Shown here in pieces: positions 17,301 through 26,155 of a DNA stretch of 64,000 nucleotides. Both the position numbers and the translations under genes were made by a program. Numbering within the stretch: position 1 is the first letter of the stretch; every line of letters starts with the position of its first letter. The notes under the pieces were generated by a model. The model was not told the origin of the DNA, did not search any database, and saw only the letters and a list, made by a program, of their open reading frames with translations. Origin of the DNA: an uncultured Candidatus Saccharibacteria bacterium (GTDB taxonomy: Bacteria > Patescibacteriota > Saccharimonadia > Saccharimonadales > CAZJQT01); contig CAZWRJ010000003.1 in assembly GCA_964636215.1 (NCBI GenBank), positions 6,743 to 70,742 on the forward strand, given 5' to 3'.

Positions 17301-17756
17301 ATGGCAACGTTAGAGCGGGCCATAGAATTAGCAACAGAAGTACACGAAGGACAATTCCGCTTTGATGGAAGCCCTTACATAACTCACCCTCTTTGGGTTA
17401 TGCGTTGCGTGGAGTCGTTGGGTCATTCTGTGACTACTCAAATGGTCGCAGTAATGCATGATGCAGTCGAGGATAGCGGCGGTGCATTAACCTTTGATCA
17501 ATTAAGAGACGAGGGCTTTGGTGACGATGTAGTTTACCCTCTACAACTACTTACTAAAGAACCAGATGCTGACTATGATTTATACGTTCAAAGGTTAGCG
17601 CCAAATCCGCGGTCCAGGGCTGTAAAAAAAGGCGATCTCTTCCATAATCTTGATCTCACTGGTCTTGAGAATCCTTCTCTAGATCAGATTCTACGAATCG
17701 AAAAATATAGCCGCTCCTTGTTATATCTGGCCCGCTTCCCTCAACCTAGGGTTTAA
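17301..17756 (+). CDS. HD-domain protein, RelA/SpoT-type small alarmone hydrolase-like
   Basis: It carries AH.GQ.R..G.PYI.HPL ... MHDAVED, the Rel/SpoT hydrolase HD signature, and has no synthetase domain. Confidence 0.65.
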   Translation: MATLERAIELATEVHEGQFRFDGSPYITHPLWVMRCVESLGHSVTTQMVAVMHDAVEDSGGALTFDQLRDEGFGDDVVYPLQLLTKEPDADYDLYVQRLAPNPRSRAVKKGDLFHNLDLTGLENPSLDQILRIEKYSRSLLYLARFPQPRV

Positions 17757-17758
17757 CT

Positions 17759-18091
17759 TTATCTTTGATCATTTGGCATTACGACGCCGAATTCTTCGCC
17801 GGCAAAGCTGGTAATATCACCAAAGTCCTCGTTCTTAGGTAAGCCCTGCCATTGTTTAGCGTTTTCTGAATCACCATTATCAATATCAGTTTGCATAGCA
17901 TCGCGAGCTGTCTGAGATTCCCATTCGGCAATTAGGAAAAAGCATCTTGGCTCGTTTCTGACTCTATGAATATGTGTTCCTTTAGCACCGGGATATTTTT
18001 GAAGTATTTCACTGCCTATTTTCCAATGATTTATAAAATCATTTTCATCAACATCATCGTTCAGTTTAATTTTCCAAATATACCTGTACAT
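17759..18091 (-). CDS. ABM (antibiotic biosynthesis monooxygenase)-like ferredoxin-fold protein
   Basis: A ~110-aa protein with an FFLIAEWESQTARDAM-type segment. Confidence 0.45.
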   Translation of the reverse strand: MYRYIWKIKLNDDVDENDFINHWKIGSEILQKYPGAKGTHIHRVRNEPRCFFLIAEWESQTARDAMQTDIDNGDSENAKQWQGLPKNEDFGDITSFAGEEFGVVMPNDQR

Positions 18092-18097
18092 CTTGAT

Positions 18098-18364
18098 TCA
18101 ATCGTTTTGTTTCGATTCTGCTTCGGATTCCATTTTATCCAGCCGAGTGTAATAGTCCGGGATTTCTTTTAGGTGGGCCCAGGCAATCTTGCCCGTGAAT
18201 AATGGATCGTCTTTTGTGACATTCGTTTCGTCGCCCCACAGCGATCCATGTTCCATTTCCACTTCTAGCCCTCGCCTGAATTCATTTAATCGGAACTTGC
18301 TCCAATCAATTCCCAACTTATTGCCTATTTCTTTGGCTTCCGCTTCGGTAAATTTCTTCTTCAT
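18098..18364 (-). CDS. hypothetical protein (DUF5661-like)
   Basis: 88 aa with EMEHG ... IAWAHLKEIPDYYTRL. Confidence 0.5.
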   Translation of the reverse strand: MKKKFTEAEAKEIGNKLGIDWSKFRLNEFRRGLEVEMEHGSLWGDETNVTKDDPLFTGKIAWAHLKEIPDYYTRLDKMESEAESKQND

Positions 18365-18382
18365 CTTGCCACAATCATAACA

Positions 18383-19687
18383 CTAGGAAACTTTTGTTGG
18401 CAGGTCGGAAATAGAAACTCGGTCTTGTTCGGTTGTATCACGATCGCGAACCGTGATAGTTTGATCGTCTAGCGTTTGGAAATCAATCGTCAGGCAATGC
18501 GGCGTACCAATCTCGTCTTGGCGGCGATAGCGTTTACCAATATTACCATTGTCGTCCCATAGAACATTTCCAAACTCTTTTTTGAGCATGTCATAGACTT
18601 CCCTGGCCTTCTTGACCAGTTCCGGTTTGTTCTTGAGTAGTGGGAAGACAGCAACTTTGACCGGGGCAATGTGAGCTGGCAGCTTCAAGAACACACGCTT
18701 TTCACCACCCTGCTCGTCCTCTGAATAAGCCGAAGCCAGCACCGCTAATACGCAGCGCTCGACGCCAAAGGTTGGTTCCAGTACGTGCGGTATAAATGGC
18801 TCGTTACCATCCTTCGGATAATATTTAAGGTTCTTGCCGGAATGCTTTTCATGAGAACTTAGATCAAAGTCGGTGCGGTAAGCCAGACCAGTCAGTTCTT
18901 TGCGGCCAAATGGATAGTCAAATTCCCAGTCGACCGTTCGCTGGCTGTAGTGCGAGCGATCCTCGTCTGGGTGTTCGTACTGTTTGATCTTGGAAGTATC
19001 GACGCCGACATGCTCCAGGAATTCTTTCTGCTGACCCAGCCAGTAATCAAACATTTCTTGCCAATTGCTGCCCTTCGGTTCGAAGAAATATTCAATCTCC
19101 ATCATTTCTAGCTCGCGGTCGCGGAAGATGAAATCGCGAGGAGATATTTCGTTGCGGAAAGCCTTACCAATTTGAGCAATTCCAAACGGGATGTCTGGCT
19201 GGACACTGTCCACGACATTCTTAAAATTGGTGAAAATCCCCTGTGCGGTTTCAGGCCGCAAGTACGCGACCATACTAGAATCTTCGGTCACGCCCATCTG
19301 AGTTTTGAGCATCATATTAAATTGCCGGGGCTCGCCGAGCGTACCGGTTTTTCCGCAAGTCGGACAAGTATCATTCTCTATGTGATCAGCTCGGAGACGC
19401 GAATGACAGTTGGAGCACTCCACCATCGGATCGTTAAAACCGGCCACATGTCCTGACGCTTCCCAGACTTTGGCATTCATCAAAATCGCCGCGTCCAGTG
19501 GATACATATCATCGCGCTCAGCGACGAAATGATCCCACCAAACGTTTTGTATATTCTGTTTGAGCCTTACGCCAAGCGGACCATAGTCCCAAGTACCAGC
19601 AAGTCCACCGTAAATCTCGGAACCTTGAAAAATAAACCCACGCCGTTTAGCCAACGAAACTATATCTTCAAGAGAAACATCACTCAT
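18383..19687 (-). CDS. glyQS: glycine--tRNA ligase (alpha2 type)
   Basis: RRGFIFQGSEIYGGLAGTWDYGPLG plus class II motifs. Confidence 0.9.
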   Translation of the reverse strand: MSDVSLEDIVSLAKRRGFIFQGSEIYGGLAGTWDYGPLGVRLKQNIQNVWWDHFVAERDDMYPLDAAILMNAKVWEASGHVAGFNDPMVECSNCHSRLRADHIENDTCPTCGKTGTLGEPRQFNMMLKTQMGVTEDSSMVAYLRPETAQGIFTNFKNVVDSVQPDIPFGIAQIGKAFRNEISPRDFIFRDRELEMMEIEYFFEPKGSNWQEMFDYWLGQQKEFLEHVGVDTSKIKQYEHPDEDRSHYSQRTVDWEFDYPFGRKELTGLAYRTDFDLSSHEKHSGKNLKYYPKDGNEPFIPHVLEPTFGVERCVLAVLASAYSEDEQGGEKRVFLKLPAHIAPVKVAVFPLLKNKPELVKKAREVYDMLKKEFGNVLWDDNGNIGKRYRRQDEIGTPHCLTIDFQTLDDQTITVRDRDTTEQDRVSISDLPTKVS

Positions 19688-19751
19688 CTTGGGTGTAATT
19701 ATACCCTGCTACAAACAAATTTAGCCAAAAACAGTTTGGACTGCTTGAAAA

Positions 19752-20261
19752 TTAAGTTCGGCTACGATTTTCTATAGCCAGTAAACAAGCTATAACAAAG
19801 CTATCGGCATCAGCTTCAACAATTCCAGGTATTGGAACCTGATCATGACCAATCAAACCAGCAAGTTCATTATGCCCGTCCGGATAAACTTCGGCTATAA
19901 ACCCATCAAGCATGATTCGTCCACCTGCTCGGTATGGTAATTTATCTGAGAAACGTATTAACCCAGTTTGCAGTTCTTTACCATCCCTTTCACGCCTAAT
20001 ATCATCAATGCCAATTGTTGCTCTCTCAGTATCCAGAGCAACCGTCATGTGTGCTGTTTGCTGCCAGCTAACTCCAACATTACCTTCCGTATAGCCAACA
20101 CAAACTGATTTTTCATACATGGGCAGATGAGCCCGAAATTCATAAAACCGTCGTTGCCTAGCAAGTTTATCAATCGCCGCCTCAATTCGAACATAGTTAG
20201 TTCTGTGGGCAAAAGTATCCCAGGCTTTTTGGTCGATTTCTTTGTGACCAAGAATAGACAT
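19752..20261 (-). CDS. hypothetical protein
   Basis: A 169-aa ORF. Its C-terminus DADSFVIACLLA faintly resembles RuvC, but the N-terminal catalytic Asp is absent. Confidence 0.5.
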   Translation of the reverse strand: MSILGHKEIDQKAWDTFAHRTNYVRIEAAIDKLARQRRFYEFRAHLPMYEKSVCVGYTEGNVGVSWQQTAHMTVALDTERATIGIDDIRRERDGKELQTGLIRFSDKLPYRAGGRIMLDGFIAEVYPDGHNELAGLIGHDQVPIPGIVEADADSFVIACLLAIENRSRT

Positions 20262-20310
20262 ATTATTATATTATACCAGAATTATTGCAAATGTAAATAT
20301 CGGTTATTTA

Positions 20311-21003
20311 TTATCGTTGGAAAAAACGATGAGACATAATTTGGGAAAGTTTGAGGCAGTCTTGGGTAAGCGGTTCAAGTCCTTTTATTTGCTTGAGTTT
20401 TGTTGGTTTGTCGATCCTTATACACAGTCTTAGCAACTTGATGTGATCTGATTGATATCGGCCTGAGTTCGAAGCCGTAAAAGCCATGCTATCAGTATCA
20501 AAATTGTAATTACCTTTTGGTTGAAATGACTGCTTAGCTGCATCAGTTTCCAGATTGGGTGAATGACCGCTGATAACGAGCAGATCCAATGTAAACCATA
20601 ACCGTACAAGATCGCTAGATAGGTCAGGATCATTAAGTGCTTCAAGGGTAGATTGTAAAAAGTCAAAATAAGCCGGTTCTAGATTTTCTTCGGTGGCTTT
20701 ATTAAGCCGTTTTAATAATTCGTAGCCAAGCATGGTGCGTTCAATATCGCGTACGATCTGATCATAGTGCTTGATTAACCTACTAGAAGTAAGAGTCAGA
20801 AGCTCGCCTCTGCCCTGTATCAAACCAATTTCATTAACGCCAAACAGTTCGATACCACCGGCGAGTTTGGATTTGCTTTTGCGCACACCGCGAGCCAAGA
20901 CTCTAACCTTCCCAAGATCGGGAGTTAAGATTGTTAGTATGCGGTCAGCTTCTTGATAATTGGTGCGCGCTAAAACAATACCTTTAGTTATAGTCTGTTT
21001 CAT
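20311..21003 (-). CDS. recO: DNA repair protein RecO
   Basis: GIVLARTNYQEADRILTILT is a RecO N-terminal OB fold. Confidence 0.8.
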   Translation of the reverse strand: MKQTITKGIVLARTNYQEADRILTILTPDLGKVRVLARGVRKSKSKLAGGIELFGVNEIGLIQGRGELLTLTSSRLIKHYDQIVRDIERTMLGYELLKRLNKATEENLEPAYFDFLQSTLEALNDPDLSSDLVRLWFTLDLLVISGHSPNLETDAAKQSFQPKGNYNFDTDSMAFTASNSGRYQSDHIKLLRLCIRIDKPTKLKQIKGLEPLTQDCLKLSQIMSHRFFQR

Positions 21004-21383
21004 ATGGGAATCGACGCGAGATTTTCCACCACTCGTCTTAGTTGGTGGATATTTGAGTCAGGTTTGTAAAGAATGTTTTTGACTCCAAGTTGCTTAAAGG
21101 CAGCTTTATACTGATCGTCAAGAATATGTTGGTTTATGGAGTAAATGACCACTGGTAGATTTTGCCATTCTGGATAAGAACGTATTTCGTATATAAACTC
21201 GATACCGTTATGGAGGCCAAGCTGCAGCTCGACAACTATCACTTCTGGTGACACTTTGCCGTCAAGGGCATCGAGCGCGGTTTGAGCCGATCTGCGCCAA
21301 ACAATGGTGTGACCAAACTTCTCTAATGATTGTTTAGTGGTCTGCCCGAATAGTTTATCTGGTTCAATAAGTAAGATATGCAT
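21000..21383 (-). CDS. receiver-domain-like protein (atypical, Glu at phosphoacceptor position)
   Basis: It shows CheY-like topology but has VVELQL in place of the acceptor Asp motif; its start overlaps recO in an ATGA arrangement. Confidence 0.5.
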   Translation of the reverse strand: MHILLIEPDKLFGQTTKQSLEKFGHTIVWRRSAQTALDALDGKVSPEVIVVELQLGLHNGIEFIYEIRSYPEWQNLPVVIYSINQHILDDQYKAAFKQLGVKNILYKPDSNIHQLRRVVENLASIPI

Positions 21384-22064
21384 TTAAAGTAATTGTAGCT
21401 GATGGCTTGGCAGTAGCAGGTTGCCTACCCCACTCATAGATCGATGACGATAACTACGGAGCGGTGACTGAAGATGTTGGCTCAGAAGATCAGCAATAAC
21501 CAGACCAGCTCCCCCGCTGACACCAAGAGCTGGAGCGGATTGTGCGGCACGTCCATGAAGTTGTTTAGCAAGATTGATGACTCGCTGCGATAGATTAACT
21601 TGGCGGCTAAAAACCCCTACAACAATACCCTTGGCTGATTGATGCGTGCCAAGGATTAATTGCCTAGGAGAATCTTCTTCTTCAATATCAGCCGTAATTA
21701 AACTACTGCCTAGTAGTACTAAGATGGTTTTAAGCAGACGACGATTGGCCATGATTGGTACACTACGACCAACTTGATCAATCTCGATGCTGCAGTTTGA
21801 CTGTTTAGCAAAGCGGCTTAAACTTTCAGCAGCTTCGTACAAAACGCTGGAGGCAGCCAGCGGTTCTAATGTCAAAACAGTTTGGGAATCTCTTGCTTGA
21901 AGATAGGCATCGACAAGCGTTAAAGCTTGTTCACTAATGACGGCTATACGTGGCAAAGTATTGGCCGAATTTAGTTCTGACATACGAGTAATCTGAAGTA
22001 AAGGTACTTTAAGCTGCTCAGCCAAAGCTGTAAATAACGGATCAATTGATTGGTCCTGAACCAA
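21384..22064 (-). CDS. hypothetical protein
   Basis: 226 aa, a TTG start preceded by GAGGG, contiguous with the receiver-like gene. Confidence 0.45.
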   Translation of the reverse strand: MVQDQSIDPLFTALAEQLKVPLLQITRMSELNSANTLPRIAVISEQALTLVDAYLQARDSQTVLTLEPLAASSVLYEAAESLSRFAKQSNCSIEIDQVGRSVPIMANRRLLKTILVLLGSSLITADIEEEDSPRQLILGTHQSAKGIVVGVFSRQVNLSQRVINLAKQLHGRAAQSAPALGVSGGAGLVIADLLSQHLQSPLRSYRHRSMSGVGNLLLPSHQLQLL

Positions 22065-22116
22065 GTTCCTGCCCTCGTCTAGTTTGCTTTTAGTATAGCA
22101 CTAGCCCAGGCATCAT

Positions 22117-22818
22117 CTAGGGTACAAATTTGAGTTTCGGTAGAATTATTTTATTGAAATCGTTTAGAAATTCAGACGATTCTGTAGACAGCCGCAATGT
22201 CTTATCACGAAGTGGTAGAAGTATCATGCTGTCTTTTTGCCCAGTCGTAATTTCACCGTCAATTCGAGAGCCAACGACGCCTTTTACCATAGGTGCACTG
22301 TATGCCGTAATCCGTACTTTGCCAGCTTTGGCCTGAGATTTATAGGTTTCGAGAGCCTGGCTGTAACTTTGATTTAGTACCTCCAGCCGTAGCGCAAACG
22401 CTGTAGTGCCAGCGATATCTGGTACGAAACCAGGATAAAAATAACCGTCAACCGGACTCGAAGCGGTATCTTTATTTACTATGTAAGCATCCCAAGTTTT
22501 AGGGTATGTGACCGTTACCCCGCCGTAAGTATCTGGACCTTTGTAAGTTTTATATGGTGATTTCTCTTGCTCGGCAAATATTTTGACTTGTTTGTCATCT
22601 TCTTGCTTGACAGCTTGAGCAACGGCTGTGGCAGCTTTTTGGTCACTATTATTTTTGTAATCTTGGCGACCACCGAAGGCCCAGACCGCAAAAGTTATGC
22701 TAGCAATCAGCGCAATAACAAGTAACAATATTATAAGAATTGTAGCTAGAGATCGACCATGTTTTTGATGATGGCCGATATTAGGAGGAGTTCCGTAACT
22801 AGTTTGGTTGGGCGGCAT
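22117..22818 (-). CDS. membrane-anchored hypothetical protein
   Basis: N-terminal TM then a ~180-aa extracytoplasmic domain. Confidence 0.55.
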   Translation of the reverse strand: MPPNQTSYGTPPNIGHHQKHGRSLATILIILLLVIALIASITFAVWAFGGRQDYKNNSDQKAATAVAQAVKQEDDKQVKIFAEQEKSPYKTYKGPDTYGGVTVTYPKTWDAYIVNKDTASSPVDGYFYPGFVPDIAGTTAFALRLEVLNQSYSQALETYKSQAKAGKVRITAYSAPMVKGVVGSRIDGEITTGQKDSMILLPLRDKTLRLSTESSEFLNDFNKIILPKLKFVP

Positions 22819-22841
22819 GAGGTTATGATAACATAAGCGGT

Positions 22842-23336
22842 TTATTTTTTAAGAGGTTGGTAACGGTAATAAAATAAGCCGTTCTTTCCGACGGTGACTT
22901 TTTTACCCGGTATTTCAAAAGCAAAGCTAATAACTTTGACAGGTTTAGTAATTTCTTGAATAATTTTTTTATCCAATTTTGGCATATATCGTTTAAGTAA
23001 AAAAATGTAAATGGCATCTGTTTCTGGCCATGACTGGTGCCAATAGTTTCCAAACTGAACAGTAATTAATTTGCGGTGTCGCCAACTTGCTAGACGACTC
23101 CAAATAACTAGTATCGGGTTAAGCTCATAGCCTATACAAACAATTCCTCGATCAGCTGCCCTTCTAAGTACGCGTCCATCGCCGCTGCCCAGTTCGAGCA
23201 ATGTTTGGCCCGGTTTTAAATCAAGTAAATCCAGGGCAGTTTCGGTTTGTTTTTTTAACGTTGGCAGATATGGTGCCCCGAAAATTAACACAAATCCAAA
23301 TAACAGAACGATAATACTCAGGGCTATCAATATCAT
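22842..23336 (-). CDS. membrane-anchored class I SAM-dependent methyltransferase
   Basis: An N-terminal TM segment is followed by LLELGSGDGRV (motif I). Confidence 0.65.
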   Translation of the reverse strand: MILIALSIIVLLFGFVLIFGAPYLPTLKKQTETALDLLDLKPGQTLLELGSGDGRVLRRAADRGIVCIGYELNPILVIWSRLASWRHRKLITVQFGNYWHQSWPETDAIYIFLLKRYMPKLDKKIIQEITKPVKVISFAFEIPGKKVTVGKNGLFYYRYQPLKK

Positions 23337-24778
23337 TTGGGTAATTGTTCTTTATCGGTTGGCTCAATAACCTCAGGCGGCTGGTCAGAAACGGGAGTTG
23401 GTATTTCTGATGTTTTAGATGTCTGTGCTTGTTTAGGTGGTTGGTTGATTTTCTTGGGCGGAAGATTTTTAAGCCATGGTAGTTTGTGACGATGCCTATA
23501 GAGCAAGTAGCCCCCGAGCCCCGCAGCACCAAGAATGAGTAGTAGGCCGATGCCTATTAGCCAGCCGTAGGTGCCCTTTAACCTATTAAAGAGACTGGTA
23601 GGATTAGTTAGAGTGCCGAGTACAGCTTCTGGCACATCGCCAAGATCTTTTACTTCAGTTGTCTTCGAACCATCAGCCTGTTTTTGTTTATCATTACTAC
23701 TGGAAGCCTTGTCTGAATTATTGGAACTTGAACCGGATCCGGATCCACCACCTGCACCTGAGCCACCTCCAATGGCCACGCCAGTGTCGGCTAATATGGC
23801 AGCCCTTATGGCGTCTAGCCCGGATTGAACCCCGTTCATTTGGTGTGGCGCGCCAGCTACAACCGTTTTAGTAAGATATGGAGTGCCACTGGCTACTAAT
23901 TTATTATAGTAATCACCGACGTGAGCTTGCATGGTTTGGTCTTCGCCCCCAAGCAATAAGACAATTCGAGTATCAGCAAAATAATAATCCAGAGAACCGG
24001 TGTCTATGCCGTCACTATTCCAATGTGAAGTCCAAGAAGAGTCGTGATTTTCACAAGGACCGCCACCAGAAAGATATCCATAGTTACCGTCTAAGTATGG
24101 ATAGTCATTAGGGTTATAAGTGTAGGCATCGTGAGTATTTAGACAACCTTTGGCATAGGCCGAGTAAGGAGGACCTGAACTCGGTAGAGCTGCGTCGATA
24201 ATCGAGTCCAGTCCGTAAAACGCTAGAGCGTACATTGTCTGAGCGGCTCCTCCACTGTTACCGCTGACACAAAAACCACACTTTCCTATCTTGTCGACCG
24301 TGATATTAAGTGGTTTATATTTATTATCGTAAATCCATTTGATGACCGTTGATGGTCGGCAAGCAAGTTTGGAAATTCCAGCTCTTTCGCCATTGGCGGC
24401 CCGAACCCAAGGATTAACCCAGGCGACTTCAATAACCTTAAAGCCATCGCTGCGTAATTCACTTAGAAAATTAGCTTTTACTTGCTTGCCACCCAGATAC
24501 CAACTGGTACCGCCAGTACCAGTGAAAAGTACGACTAGACCTCTAGTTTTGGAAGTTGGGTTGTATTCAGCAATGGTTGCGTCATCGGCCTCGTCCAGAC
24601 TAGAACAACTAACACGTAGGTTGGTACAGTCGGCACTCGGTGGACAGGTGTTACCCCCACTTGTTACAGAGGCACTACCAAGTGATAATGATGATGACGC
24701 CTTGGCAGTAAGTGGTAACATGACCAGGAATAGTAGTAGAACTATGTTGATAAACAGAATTGAGCGAATTTTTGTCAT
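23333..24778 (-). CDS. surface-anchored alpha/beta-hydrolase-like protein (signal peptide, GNSGG elbow, Gly/Ser linker, C-terminal TM + tail), paralog A
   Basis: It contains KIGKCGFCVSGNSGG and AKLACRPSTVIKWI. It is a paralog of 58953-60443 and has a C-terminal TM with an EVIEPTDKEQ tail. Confidence 0.7.
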   Translation of the reverse strand: MTKIRSILFINIVLLLFLVMLPLTAKASSSLSLGSASVTSGGNTCPPSADCTNLRVSCSSLDEADDATIAEYNPTSKTRGLVVLFTGTGGTSWYLGGKQVKANFLSELRSDGFKVIEVAWVNPWVRAANGERAGISKLACRPSTVIKWIYDNKYKPLNITVDKIGKCGFCVSGNSGGAAQTMYALAFYGLDSIIDAALPSSGPPYSAYAKGCLNTHDAYTYNPNDYPYLDGNYGYLSGGGPCENHDSSWTSHWNSDGIDTGSLDYYFADTRIVLLLGGEDQTMQAHVGDYYNKLVASGTPYLTKTVVAGAPHQMNGVQSGLDAIRAAILADTGVAIGGGSGAGGGSGSGSSSNNSDKASSSNDKQKQADGSKTTEVKDLGDVPEAVLGTLTNPTSLFNRLKGTYGWLIGIGLLLILGAAGLGGYLLYRHRHKLPWLKNLPPKKINQPPKQAQTSKTSEIPTPVSDQPPEVIEPTDKEQLPK

Positions 24779-24825
24779 TTTGGCTTGTTAAGATTTCCCT
24801 GCTTATTATACGCTGTTGAGATATT

Positions 24826-25029
24826 TTAAGATTTAAAATTAGGGTTTATTTTTTTGACCTTGTTCTCAGCAAGTTTCAACTGTTTTTCTAACTCAGATAT
24901 GATGACCAGTCCTCTTTCGTATGCTTTCATAGCTGCCTCAATATCAAGATCACCGGACTGTAAGTTACTCATAAGACTATCGAGTTCATCGGTCAAACTT
25001 TGATAACTTAGTGATTTTTTTGTGGTCAT
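24826..25029 (-). CDS. xseB: exodeoxyribonuclease VII small subunit
   Basis: 67 aa, matches the XseB family. Confidence 0.8.
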   Translation of the reverse strand: MTTKKSLSYQSLTDELDSLMSNLQSGDLDIEAAMKAYERGLVIISELEKQLKLAENKVKKINPNFKS

Positions 25030-25033
25030 GGCT

Positions 25034-26155
25034 TTAGTTTAGCTTAATTTTCTTAATAATGGCGTCAATGGCTCCATCAGATAGCTGAATTGCTAGATTG
25101 TCGCCAGTTTTTAGTGTTCGAGTAGAACGGACCAATTGTCCAGTCACGGAACGTACTATGGCATAACCCCGCCCTAGAGCAGCATTTGGATTAAGGACTT
25201 CTATTAATTGTCTTTTTAGATTTAGTGAGTTTTTCTCTGCGCCAATTAAATTCCCCCATACCTCTTGTAAAATTGATGCTTTTTTAATTAGTTCGACTCT
25301 TAAGCCTGTAATTTGTGAATCCAAAAGCCTTAAAAGTTCTGATCGACTGTTTTTTATCTGATTTAATATCTGTTTTTTATCTGGAACAAGTAGTTCTGCG
25401 GCGTTTGAAGGCGTACTGGCTCTCTGGTCGGCGGCTAGTTCAGCTAAGCTGATGTCGATCTCATGTCCGATGGCCACCAAGGTGGGTATTCGACTTGCAG
25501 CCACTGCCCTAGTAACTTGCTCCGAATTAAATACTGCCAAATCCTCTATGCTACCGCCGCCTCGAGTTATGACAACTACTTCAACCGGCGTTCCAGAAGT
25601 ATTTAAATAGTCTAGGGCTGCAACGATTTGAGTCGCGGCTGTTTCACCCTGCACCGTGACGTCTATTAGGCTAATTTCGATCCCACCCCACCTTTCGCCA
25701 AGAATTTTAATAAAGTCATGGTAGGCAGCTGAACCCTGTGAGGTAATTAACCCGATATTGCTCGGCGGATAAGGTAGAGGGCGCTTACGTTCTTCATCAA
25801 ACAATCCCTCGGCTGTTAATTTAGCTTGTAGTAATTGGGCCGCCCGCTTAAGCGTGCCCTCCCCCTCAAGCTTAATATTTAAGATATTGATATTAAAGCC
25901 GTAGAGAGGATGCAGTCTAGGCATGCCACGGACTTTAAGCAACATGCCGTCTTCTAAAGGACCAGGTAATACGCTGATATTACCAAAGAACTTGACGCTG
26001 GCTGATTCGTCTTTTAAGTCGAAATATACCCATCTGTTTTTGGAGACCCTAAAATTAGTAACTTCGCCGACAATAGTAACTAATGGATAAGCAATTTCTA
26101 GGGTTTGATTAAAAACAGCTACAAAATCACTGACACCAAATATTAGTTCTGTCAC
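25034..26155 (-). CDS. xseA: exodeoxyribonuclease VII large subunit
   Basis: An OB fold plus the XseA catalytic domain, with a GTG start. Confidence 0.85.
   Translation of the reverse strand: MTELIFGVSDFVAVFNQTLEIAYPLVTIVGEVTNFRVSKNRWVYFDLKDESASVKFFGNISVLPGPLEDGMLLKVRGMPRLHPLYGFNINILNIKLEGEGTLKRAAQLLQAKLTAEGLFDEERKRPLPYPPSNIGLITSQGSAAYHDFIKILGERWGGIEISLIDVTVQGETAATQIVAALDYLNTSGTPVEVVVITRGGGSIEDLAVFNSEQVTRAVAASRIPTLVAIGHEIDISLAELAADQRASTPSNAAELLVPDKKQILNQIKNSRSELLRLLDSQITGLRVELIKKASILQEVWGNLIGAEKNSLNLKRQLIEVLNPNAALGRGYAIVRSVTGQLVRSTRTLKTGDNLAIQLSDGAIDAIIKKIKLN

Noticed and set aside
19752-20261. RuvC Holliday-junction resolvase
   Set aside because: The C-terminal DADSFVIACLLA resembles the RuvC C-terminal helix, but the N-terminal ILGIDPG catalytic Asp motif is absent. 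It is left as hypothetical.
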